The notes under the pieces: model-generated
Databases searched by the model: none
Seen by the model: the letters and a program-made list of their open reading frames with translations, nothing else
Told to the model about the DNA's origin: nothing
Shown: piece after piece, positions 13,886 to 21,638 of the stretch
Position numbering within the stretch: position 1 is the stretch's first letter
Layout of the letters: every line of letters starts with the position of its first letter
Source: a virus
Length of the DNA: 34,983 bases
Strand: one strand, 5' to 3'
IMG/VR virus record: IMGVR_UViG_3300029794_000022
Translations under genes and position numbers: made by a program

Positions 13886-13892
13886 TCCTTTC

Positions 13893-14678
13893 TCACGCCT
13901 TGAGTTGGCTCATAAGCTCGATTACTTTGTCTTGTTCTGCTTGTGTTTCTCGTCTTTCGGCGGGTAGCGTGTTGGCTTGCTGTGGCTGCTGATAGTTGTT
14001 TTGATAGTTTTTGATTGGATAGAAGGCCGTCCAGCCGCGTCGCACGACTTCCGCTAGATAATCGTCCACGCTCATGCGGCTTTCTCGCGCGTACTGGTCT
14101 AGCTTGTCGATATTGCGCCTGATGGCATTATCGGTCATTGCCGCTCGCTTAGCCTTACGATTCTGCAGCCATTCGCCTAACAGCTCCCTAGTAGATGGAT
14201 TATCCGTATAGGCATTGATAATCGCATCAAAGCTATGACGCTTTCTTTCTTTCTTATGATCAGTATTTAATTCTTTAGTATTTGATTCTTTAGTATTTAA
14301 TTGTGTGGCATTTTGTAGCTCTACATTTTGTAGAGGTACATTTTCAACAGCTACATTTTGTACCTCTTGACTGCGTGCCTCTTGTGGCTTCTCGAAAATG
14401 TCATACACGTATTCGATACGCTTACGCTCACCATTTGGATACAGCTTAGTCACCACAAGGTAGCCTTGCTCCTTAAGCTCAGCGAGCGCAGACTTGACTG
14501 CACGCACATCTTCCTTGCAAATCGACACAAGCCCATTCACGGAATAATCCCAATCTTCAGGCAGTGCCAGCATCATCGACAGCAAGCCCTTAGCCTTGAG
14601 AGACAGTGCTTTATCTCGTAAGTGGTGGTTACTCATGACTGTGTAATCTTTTGTCTTGTTTACTCTGAAAACACTCAT
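13893..14678 (-). CDS. Phage replisome organizer / DnaD-like replication initiator
   Basis: N-terminal winged-helix-like domain (YTVMSNHHLRDKALSLKAKGLLS...). C-terminal DnaD-like region (LLGEWLQNRKAKRAAMT...). AGGAGA RBS before the ATG at 14678. Confidence 0.7.
   Translation of the reverse strand: MSVFRVNKTKDYTVMSNHHLRDKALSLKAKGLLSMMLALPEDWDYSVNGLVSICKEDVRAVKSALAELKEQGYLVVTKLYPNGERKRIEYVYDIFEKPQEARSQEVQNVAVENVPLQNVELQNATQLNTKESNTKELNTDHKKERKRHSFDAIINAYTDNPSTRELLGEWLQNRKAKRAAMTDNAIRRNIDKLDQYARESRMSVDDYLAEVVRRGWTAFYPIKNYQNNYQQPQQANTLPAERRETQAEQDKVIELMSQLKA
14262..14366. repeat. Seven 15-bp-periodic iterons inside the organizer gene; putative origin of replication
   Basis: AGTATTT(A/G)ATTCTTT repeats at 14262, 14277 and 14292. 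TACATTTTGTA-type repeats at about 14307, 14322, 14337 and 14352. Confidence 0.6.
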
Positions 14679-14812
14679 TTGTATTCTCCTAGGTAAAAAA
14701 TTATCCCACTGACTATTACCGTTTGCCCCCGGTAACAATCAATGGGATATGCATGTTGAGTTATCACTCCACGTAAGTGGGGCAACACTCAACATGGCGT
14801 ATATCTATAATA

Positions 14813-15166
14813 TCACGTCTCCAATATAGCCACGCCGAATCTGCGGGCTAACAGCTTAGCCTTCAACCGGTACACGTCCGTACGGTATCCCTTGCAGTCC
14901 TCCACGACTTCCTTGCCAGTATTAACGTCAGTATAGACGAAATCGGCAATGTACGTGGTCGGCCTATAGTGTTTGCCATCGCAATCGAACGCCGGGATAA
15001 GCTCATACCGTACCTGCCGTTTCAGATCGCGGATAGCTCCAGCACGTTCCAAGAGCTTCAATTCCTGATATCGCTTAGCCTCGCGCTTGCTGTCGAAGGT
15101 TATACCGTCTATCACTGTTTTTGTCGCGTGGTATTTACTACTTGCCGGTCGAACCAAAGCCGCCAT
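14813..15166 (-). CDS. DUF1064 family protein (PD-(D/E)XK-like)
   Basis: SKYHATKTVIDGITFDSKREAKRYQELKLLERAGAIRDLKRQ matches the DUF1064 pattern. ATG at 15166 follows GAGAGGGGAG. Confidence 0.65.
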   Translation of the reverse strand: MAALVRPASSKYHATKTVIDGITFDSKREAKRYQELKLLERAGAIRDLKRQVRYELIPAFDCDGKHYRPTTYIADFVYTDVNTGKEVVEDCKGYRTDVYRLKAKLLARRFGVAILET

Positions 15167-15548
15167 CTCCCCTCTCACCGCCATCGATGCTATCCACCAC
15201 TTCAAGCGGTACGTACACCACGGGGAACACAACAAGCTGCGTCACCTTGTCACCCGGCTCGAAGGTATAAGCTTCATCGCTGTGGTTGTACAGGCGCACA
15301 AGAATAGCCCCCGTGAAGCCCTCATCGATCAGCCCGGTACTTGTGATGCCATGCCGAACGTTCAAGCCGCTTTTAGACACAAGTAAGCCAGCGCACCCAT
15401 GCGGCAATTCGACGTGCGTCTTAGTATCAATAACGACGCTCCCGTGTGCGGGGACGGTTACGGCTAACGGCGTGCGTAGATCCATGCCAGCGTCGGTATC
15501 GTGAGCGCGCGATGGCTTATAAGCTGATTCTTCCAACATAATCTTCAT
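15138..15548 (-). CDS. dut: dUTP diphosphatase
   Basis: AGMDL, GLLVSKSGL, GLIDEGFTG and FGSTG motifs; AAGGAG RBS before the ATG at 15548. Confidence 0.85.
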   Translation of the reverse strand: MKIMLEESAYKPSRAHDTDAGMDLRTPLAVTVPAHGSVVIDTKTHVELPHGCAGLLVSKSGLNVRHGITSTGLIDEGFTGAILVRLYNHSDEAYTFEPGDKVTQLVVFPVVYVPLEVVDSIDGGERGDGGFGSTGK

Positions 15549-15640
15549 CTTGTATGCTCCTTGTACTAACGTATTTATTTGGCAGATGGCGGGGTGCGGC
15601 TTTGAGCAGTCACCGTCCCCGCCATTAATGCCGTCCACTG

Positions 15641-16039
15641 TCAGAATTCAGGTTCGCCCCACGGGGCACCAGCATCACCATAGGTGTTTTGAGTCTGTGT
15701 GGCCTGAGCCTGATTACCCTGATGCTTACAACTACCGGCGTTGAGCGGCAGATTATCCACGACGAATTTCACGCGGCTATGCTTCTGCCCATCCTTCTCC
15801 CACTGGTCTACAACGGCATGAGCCGTCAAGCCCACCGTGTCACCCTTATGGCGATATTGGGCGATAGTCTCCGCAGTCTTCCCCCATGCCTCGAAATCAA
15901 GCCATGAGGTATCGTCTTGCTTGTAGCCGTTGACTGCGAGCCGGAAGCGAGCCACGCTCTTACCGCTCTGCGTCTGCTTCAACTCCACGTCAGACCCCAA
16001 ACGCCCCGTAAAAGTGCAAGTGTTAATATCAGCCATCAT
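15641..16039 (-). CDS. ssb: Single-stranded DNA-binding protein
   Basis: OB-fold pattern (TGRLGSDVELKQT...RFRLAV...W...EAWGK), a Q/G-rich tail and the C-terminal acidic tip WGEPEF. Confidence 0.8.
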   Translation of the reverse strand: MMADINTCTFTGRLGSDVELKQTQSGKSVARFRLAVNGYKQDDTSWLDFEAWGKTAETIAQYRHKGDTVGLTAHAVVDQWEKDGQKHSRVKFVVDNLPLNAGSCKHQGNQAQATQTQNTYGDAGAPWGEPEF

Positions 16040-16275
16040 TTATTCCTTCCATCCTTCAGCGCTGCAATAGTCGCGCTGTAACCTTCCTTAAGCACATATT
16101 TGAGCAGTGTATCTGCCGTACCTTGATCGATAATCAGTCGCGTACCGTCAAGGCTAAGCACAGCAGATGCCTTAATCATGTCCTTCAGCATCGCATTATC
16201 AGCCTTAGCCTCAAGCAGTGCCACATACTCCTTCTGTTTTATCGTGATAAATTGTTCAAAAACTGATTCCTCCAT
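16036..16275 (-). CDS. Hypothetical protein (79 aa)
   Basis: Translationally coupled ORF between erf and ssb. Confidence 0.55.
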   Translation of the reverse strand: MEESVFEQFITIKQKEYVALLEAKADNAMLKDMIKASAVLSLDGTRLIIDQGTADTLLKYVLKEGYSATIAALKDGRNK

Positions 16276-16868
16276 TACTCTTTTCCTCCATTCTGTTGTT
16301 TCGCTTCACGTTCACGGTAACAATCCCCGCACACGGCAATTCCAGTCTTTGCCCTAGTCCACTTCGCCACGGCTTCCGGCGACATTTCGCCACCGCCACG
16401 CTTAGCCATCGACTTGATAGGCTGGTGACACAATTCGCAGGTGATACCCTGAGACTGCCGTGATTGCGTCCTACGCTGATATTCGTCCGTATCAGCGTCC
16501 CGCGTATCATCAATGCAGAATAAGCCGTTTAAAGCGTATTTCCGCGCATAGCTGGACGCTGTGCCGGTAATCTGCGAATCATCCATGCCCTTCTTCATCT
16601 CGGCTTCCCGTGCAAATGCCGTGTTGCTCACACTATCCGTGCCGTTTGTGACGGTAGCCGTAGACTTGACATAGATACGATTGCCGACAGCTGTCACATC
16701 ATCACTCAAGGTCAGCGTCAACCCGGCTTCATGCAATAGCGGCTTCACAGCTTCGAGGATATCCTCGCAAGAGCGGTAGTTATAGTGACCGAAAGAATTC
16801 ACTTGCCCCTTCGGTGCCTTCAGATTGTACTGGACTTCACCAAGCGCCTTGATCAATTCCTCAGACAT
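16275..16868 (-). CDS. erf: ERF-family single-strand annealing protein
   Basis: YNYRSCEDILEAVKPLL..., REAEMKKGMDDSQITGTASSYARKYALNGLFCIDD; C-terminal Cys pairs. Confidence 0.8.
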   Translation of the reverse strand: MSEELIKALGEVQYNLKAPKGQVNSFGHYNYRSCEDILEAVKPLLHEAGLTLTLSDDVTAVGNRIYVKSTATVTNGTDSVSNTAFAREAEMKKGMDDSQITGTASSYARKYALNGLFCIDDTRDADTDEYQRRTQSRQSQGITCELCHQPIKSMAKRGGGEMSPEAVAKWTRAKTGIAVCGDCYREREAKQQNGGKE

Positions 16869-16881
16869 TGCCTAGCTCACC

Positions 16882-17367
16882 TCACTTGATCGAGATATTC
16901 TCGTGCGTTTCGATAGTGGCGAGATTGTCGGGCACTCTGCCGTCCTTGATAGCCGCCTTAATCGCGGTTTTGTTCGGCTTCGGCTCCGAGTAGGTCAGCA
17001 GATCGTCAGCGTGTACCTCAGCCCACTTGGTAAAGCCTTCGGCAAGCTCGACAGTGGATGACTTGCGGTAGGACACCTTCAGGCGTGGAGAGCTGAATTT
17101 GTCGCCATTCAGCGCATAATTCAGCAGGTGCTTCAGGCGCTCCGCCTTATTCTCCACAGTCTTGCGCCGTGCCGCGAGACTTGCTTCCTCTTCCTTGATT
17201 GCCTTGGCTTCGGCGATCAAGTCCTTGTAAAAAAGCCCGATGTTCTCGACCTTCACATCACGCTCCATCTGGAGCGCATCGAAGGCTTCCTCGTCGGTCA
17301 CTTCCCCGGTTTCCGTATCGATCAGCGAGATGATAGCCGCATCGATATCGTAAATGCTCATGCTCAT
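16882..17367 (-). CDS. Siphovirus Gp157-like protein
   Basis: Coiled-coil N-terminal half plus KPNKTAIKAAIKDGRVP, typical of the Gp157 family. Confidence 0.65.
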   Translation of the reverse strand: MSMSIYDIDAAIISLIDTETGEVTDEEAFDALQMERDVKVENIGLFYKDLIAEAKAIKEEEASLAARRKTVENKAERLKHLLNYALNGDKFSSPRLKVSYRKSSTVELAEGFTKWAEVHADDLLTYSEPKPNKTAIKAAIKDGRVPDNLATIETHENISIK

Positions 17368-17507
17368 AATATTTCGATTCCTTCCTTGGTTGGCAATTCT
17401 TTTAATTCTTCGGTCGTGTAGTACACGTCCAAGTCCGGCATGATTTCGTTGATAAGGTCGTACAACGCCTCAAGATGTTCTCTTGTAGGTGTCTGGCGTT
17501 CCATCAT
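17364..17507 (-). CDS. Hypothetical small protein; start uncertain
   Basis: The ORF overlaps the cro-like gene's 3' end by about 38 nt. No good RBS precedes the ATG at 17507; an upstream TTG with AAAGGTGA is also possible. Confidence 0.35.
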   Translation of the reverse strand: MMERQTPTREHLEALYDLINEIMPDLDVYYTTEELKELPTKEGIEIL

Positions 17508-17706
17508 CTTCAAAGAGATAGTCAAGATCACCTTTCCCGTCCCTGCGTTTGATTTCACTTGACAGCCCGATCATTTCGGAAAGCCGCCATTCTTGAATCC
17601 CGCCAATGAGACGGTAGAACGTCGGCAAGCTCTTGCCAATTGCCTTAGCGCAATCATCGCCGCTCATGCCGGTACGCGCGATTTCCGCTTTCAGATTCCT
17701 ATACAT
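17470..17706 (-). CDS. Cro-like HTH regulator; first gene of the early lytic operon
   Basis: AGGAGGTG RBS. GMSGDDCAKAIGKSLPTFYRLIGG is an HTH. Divergent from the repressor gene. Confidence 0.65.
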   Translation of the reverse strand: MYRNLKAEIARTGMSGDDCAKAIGKSLPTFYRLIGGIQEWRLSEMIGLSSEIKRRDGKGDLDYLFEDDGTPDTYKRTS

Positions 17707-17763
17707 TGGATCACCTCCTAATGTGTCCACGATGAGCGCTTTTGTGCTCACCTCTTGCACACC

Positions 17764-17792
17764 ACTATACACCCATTATTCTCAAAGTGCAA
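17764..17792 (-). promoter_or_regulatory. Early lytic promoter: TTGCAC-17 nt-TATAGT with the GGTGTATAGT core
   Basis: Minus-strand -35 at 17792-17787 and -10 at 17769-17764. Flanked by CTTTTGTG operator-like repeats at 17733-50, 17793-99 (inverted) and 17832-45. Confidence 0.7.
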
Positions 17793-17845
17793 CACAAAAC
17801 TACCACTATTTGAAGAATTTACCTCAAAAATTGAGCACTTTTGTG

Positions 17846-17874
17846 TTTACAATGAGAACGCGGCATGATACTAT
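17846..17874 (+). promoter_or_regulatory. Repressor/integrase promoter: TTTACA-17 nt-TACTAT with a TGn extension
   Basis: -35 at 17846-51; TGA then TACTAT at 17866-74. Confidence 0.6.
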
Positions 17875-17933
17875 AAAATGCGTGGAACACCTGAAACAAC
17901 GACGTTTCAAGGCGAAAGGTGGTGAAAAATGGC

Positions 17934-18242
17934 ATGGAGTTTTTGTCGAATCTACAAGCACTTATGCAAGCAAAAGGGATATCACGTCGAAAATTGGCGG
18001 CTGACTGCGGAATAAGCCCAAGCGCGGTGAATTCATGGTTTAACCGCAGTGCAGAAAACATCAGTCTGAAAACTTTAAAAAAGCTATCTGAGTACTTCGG
18101 CGTGAGCATGGAAGAGCTGGTGCATGGCAAAACACCGAAGCACGATCTTGTGTTCTCAAGCGACACATATACGGAGGAAGAACTCGCGCAGATTAAGCAA
18201 TTCGCGCACTTTTTAATAGGGCAACGACGAAAGGACAGATGA
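17934..18242 (+). CDS. XRE-family (cI-like) repressor
   Basis: GISRRKLAADCGISPSAVNSWFNR is an HTH_XRE motif. ATG at 17934; the track start is the GTG at 17919. Confidence 0.8.
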   Translation: MEFLSNLQALMQAKGISRRKLAADCGISPSAVNSWFNRSAENISLKTLKKLSEYFGVSMEELVHGKTPKHDLVFSSDTYTEEELAQIKQFAHFLIGQRRKDR

Positions 18243-18245
18243 TGA

Positions 18246-19760
18246 ATGACATACGCAATTTATTTACGAAAATCACGAAAAGATGACGAAACGGGATATG
18301 CTGATACGCTATCGAGGCATGAAAAAATGCTCATGGATTTAGCCGACCGAATGGGAATCGTAATCCATGAGCATGACATATATAGAGAGATCGTATCAGG
18401 TGAGAGCATCGAAGCCAGACCGCAGATGCAACGACTACTTAAAGCCGTAGAAATGCGAACATACACCGCAGTCCTATGTATCGAATTGGAGCGTTTAAGC
18501 CGCGGTAATGGCGCAGACCAAGCGCGAATCTTGAAAGCATTTCAATTCTCGAACACTAAAATAATCACACTGAATAAAACCTATGATTTAGCCAGTGATG
18601 ACGAATTCGATGAAGAATTCTTTGAATTCGGGCTTTTCATGAGCCGTCGTGAATATAAGACGATTAAACGCCGACTATTACGCGGAAGATTACAGTCACA
18701 ACAAGAGGGATATTTTACCGGTTCTACGCTGCCATTCGGGTACGGGAAAATGAAGAATCCAGAAGGAAAAGGCTACATTCTAATCCCGAATGAACAGACA
18801 CCAATCTTGCAGATGATTTTCCGCCGCTACGCATCAGGCGATCTACTAGCCGATATCGTGCAAGACCTCAACACGGCAGGTGTAAAAACGGCAAGCTCAC
18901 TAAACGCGGAATGGTCAACCAACCGCGTGAGAGACATGCTCAGAAACCGCGTCTATATCGGTGAAATCAACGTGAATAAATATGCGAAGAATAGACGCAT
19001 GGAAGACGGTAGAATCATCGAAACCAAGAGACGCAACCCAGACATGAAGACAGTGCCGGGGAAGCATGAGCCGATAATCGACAGGGAGACATGGGACAAG
19101 GTTCAGGCTAGGTTCGCACGCTTCACACCACGCACCAACATCGACCGATCACTGAAAAACCCGTTAGCGTCTATCATGCGTTGCGCCGAGTGTGGGAAGA
19201 TGATGGCACGCCGCACATACACCCATAAAGGCGTGTCAATCCCCATCATCGTATGCCAATCAAACCGTTGCGTGACCAGACAAAGCAATCTTGAAATGGT
19301 CGAAAACATGGTCATAGAAGCATTGAAAAAAGAGCTTGAAAGACAGCAGACAATCCTCGCAAGCTACAACACCGAAAAGCAAGATAATAGCGATGATAAA
19401 ACACTTGAATTTCTACAAGCTGAAATAGCGAAGAAAGACAAGATGATGGAGCGTGTAGACGAATTGTATGAACTAGGCGATTATAGCAGATCTAAATATT
19501 TGGAACGTTCGCAGAAACTCCAAGCGCAAAAAGCCGACTTAATGAAGCAATTAGAGGAAGTTGAAAAACGCATCAGCGAGCGCGATAACAACCGCAAGAA
19601 CGCAGTGCCAATCCTCACGAAAGTACTGGATGAATACCATACGCTTGATGTGAAGGGTAAGAACGACTTGCTGAAGATGATTATTGAAACGATAACGTAC
19701 CGTAAGCACGAATCGGGTAGTGATATCGAGCCTGAACTATGCTTTAAACTCTTAATTTAA
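18246..19760 (+). CDS. int: Large serine recombinase (integrase)
   Basis: N-terminal resolvase domain (AIYLRKSRKD...ELERLSR), recombinase domain, Cys zinc ribbon (CAECGK...CQSNRC) and a C-terminal coiled coil. Confidence 0.9.
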   Translation: MTYAIYLRKSRKDDETGYADTLSRHEKMLMDLADRMGIVIHEHDIYREIVSGESIEARPQMQRLLKAVEMRTYTAVLCIELERLSRGNGADQARILKAFQFSNTKIITLNKTYDLASDDEFDEEFFEFGLFMSRREYKTIKRRLLRGRLQSQQEGYFTGSTLPFGYGKMKNPEGKGYILIPNEQTPILQMIFRRYASGDLLADIVQDLNTAGVKTASSLNAEWSTNRVRDMLRNRVYIGEINVNKYAKNRRMEDGRIIETKRRNPDMKTVPGKHEPIIDRETWDKVQARFARFTPRTNIDRSLKNPLASIMRCAECGKMMARRTYTHKGVSIPIIVCQSNRCVTRQSNLEMVENMVIEALKKELERQQTILASYNTEKQDNSDDKTLEFLQAEIAKKDKMMERVDELYELGDYSRSKYLERSQKLQAQKADLMKQLEEVEKRISERDNNRKNAVPILTKVLDEYHTLDVKGKNDLLKMIIETITYRKHESGSDIEPELCFKLLI

Positions 19761-19765
19761 TCCGT

Positions 19766-19811
19766 CTGCAAGCATCGCGTATCTGATTTATCGGACACTC
19801 AATGCTTACAG
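19766..19811. other. Candidate attP core: imperfect inverted repeat CTGCAAGCAT-N26-ATGCTTACAG
   Basis: 46-bp element 6 bp downstream of the int stop, with 9 of 10 complementary arms; central TT at 19788-89. Confidence 0.35.
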
Positions 19812-19822
19812 ACAATAATAAT

Positions 19823-19856
19823 GGCGGATAGTCGAATGGCTACCCGCCTTTTATTA
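19823..19856. terminator. Bidirectional terminator between the convergent int and RBP genes
   Basis: Stem 19823-31/19840-48 with one mismatch (a G.U on the minus strand). TTTTATTAT follows on the plus strand and ATTATTATT on the minus strand. Confidence 0.6.
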
Positions 19857-19859
19857 TGG

Positions 19860-21623
19860 TCAGCTTACCCGCTTCCACATGAAAACAGCCAAGTACGGAG
19901 GCATATTATTGTGGGGCTTCCCGCCGCCCGCGAACATGGTCTGCACGTTCCCGCCGTAACCTTTCTTATCTTGCGCGGAAACCGTCATATAAGGCGTTGC
20001 ATTGCCCGACGCGTTGAGATTGTCAATCTCATGGTTATGCTTCGGCATTTCATCGATCGTCAGCGTATGCTCTGCCTCGCCGCCAGTGCTCCCCGCCGTA
20101 TAGGTATCGTCAGCGCCCAAGAGGAACCGCCCGCCGATACGCTCCCACGTCCCGCCGAAAAGCGTAGCCGGGTCGGTATCAGTCACACTCAAGTAGATCG
20201 CGCCGACCGGGTATGCGCCCGCCGCCGTGAGAAACGCATTCTCCCCCAGTTGCAAGCGGTCATAGCCAGCGGGGAAGCAATTAACGCCGACACTGGATTT
20301 AACTGTATCGATGAAGAATGTCGGGATACCACGTCCAAGCGTCAGCATCTGGGTAGTGCTTCCCAGCTTGTCAGCCGTCGTTATCTGCCACTCATAAGCG
20401 TAATCGCGCTCACATGTCACAGTCGATTCCACACCATTAGCAAGCGTTATGGTAGACCATGCGTCACTGCTCCCAGCCTTGCGGTATTTCGCGCTGATCG
20501 TCACATCATTTTTAGCATCTAGGCTCGCATACCATGCCGTCGCAGTCACATGCGTTTCCGGCTCGAAATTATTGAGACGCTTAAGGTCGATAGTCGATGT
20601 CGGATCCCACCACGGCTCAACCTTGACAGTGAGCGTCGTGGACGTTTTCAAACCGCGCGAATCCGTCACGGTAAAGACCAGTGGCATATCCGAGGAAACA
20701 TCAACCTTGCCGAAGTCAATAGTGACCACGCTGGATGCACTCTTAGTCACACCGGCAAAAGTCGCTTCGTAGCCGGTAATCGTCGCGCCTTTCTGAGCCG
20801 TTGCCGCTGTGAAAGTCACTTGCAAGTCAGATTGACGCTGGACAATCACCTGATTATCACCAGTCACCGCCACCGTGGCCGCGTTAGCGTCCTTGTAGGT
20901 GACTGAGCCAAGAATTGGCGCGGAATCGCTCATGCTCATGGTACGATCAAGCGTGCTGTAGTACTCTTTGCCGCCGATAAAGGTACGCAGTGCATACCGT
21001 ACCGGCATCGATATCCCTGTACACGCCGCCCGCAACGTCTCACGCTCCGCGTCAGTAAGGACAAACTCATACGCGCCGCTCTTGCCCGTGATGGCGTTCC
21101 TGCGCATGATCTGAGTACCAGAGCCGACCGGAGCGAACTCCAAATAAGCGTCAGCCGTGAAGCCACCGGCATTGCTGTATGCAAGAGATGGCGTCCCAGT
21201 ATCCGTGAAATCGGTGGCGCTGGTGATTGTCGCCTGTCGCGGGATATTGTCAAGCGTGATGCTGCCGTTTGCCGTAATGCTGGATACCTGCGAGCCATCA
21301 ATCGCCGCATTGACATTAAACACGTCAGTGACGGTGCATGTCTTGCTACCGTCTGCATTGTGATTGACACGGTGTGTAGTCGTGCCGAGAGCGACGCTCC
21401 CGCCCTTCTGATTGATTGCCGGTGACGTGTAATTTTGAGCCGCACCGTCAACCGTACAAGTGTTCGAGCGGCTGGAAATGTGCAGCGAATAAGCAGCGCC
21501 GATTACGAGCACGTGACGAATCGTAATATCGGAGTAATTGCCGCTAATATCCTGTGTGGCTGTCCAATTAGCCTGTAGAGTATATCCGCGATAAACGCCT
21601 GTAATAGTACCTGAAAGCGCCAT
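19860..21623 (-). CDS. Receptor-binding / tail fibre protein (DUF859-like N-terminus, tail-collar-like C-terminus)
   Basis: The N-terminus (GYTLQANWTATQDISGNYSDITI...TLDNIPRQATI) is DUF859-like. The C-terminus (GGTWERIGGRFLLG...HTLTIDEMPKHNH...PPYLAVFMWKR) is collar-domain-like. Confidence 0.7.
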   Translation of the reverse strand: MALSGTITGVYRGYTLQANWTATQDISGNYSDITIRHVLVIGAAYSLHISSRSNTCTVDGAAQNYTSPAINQKGGSVALGTTTHRVNHNADGSKTCTVTDVFNVNAAIDGSQVSSITANGSITLDNIPRQATITSATDFTDTGTPSLAYSNAGGFTADAYLEFAPVGSGTQIMRRNAITGKSGAYEFVLTDAERETLRAACTGISMPVRYALRTFIGGKEYYSTLDRTMSMSDSAPILGSVTYKDANAATVAVTGDNQVIVQRQSDLQVTFTAATAQKGATITGYEATFAGVTKSASSVVTIDFGKVDVSSDMPLVFTVTDSRGLKTSTTLTVKVEPWWDPTSTIDLKRLNNFEPETHVTATAWYASLDAKNDVTISAKYRKAGSSDAWSTITLANGVESTVTCERDYAYEWQITTADKLGSTTQMLTLGRGIPTFFIDTVKSSVGVNCFPAGYDRLQLGENAFLTAAGAYPVGAIYLSVTDTDPATLFGGTWERIGGRFLLGADDTYTAGSTGGEAEHTLTIDEMPKHNHEIDNLNASGNATPYMTVSAQDKKGYGGNVQTMFAGGGKPHNNMPPYLAVFMWKRVS

Positions 21624-21638
21624 AATATCATCCTCCTA

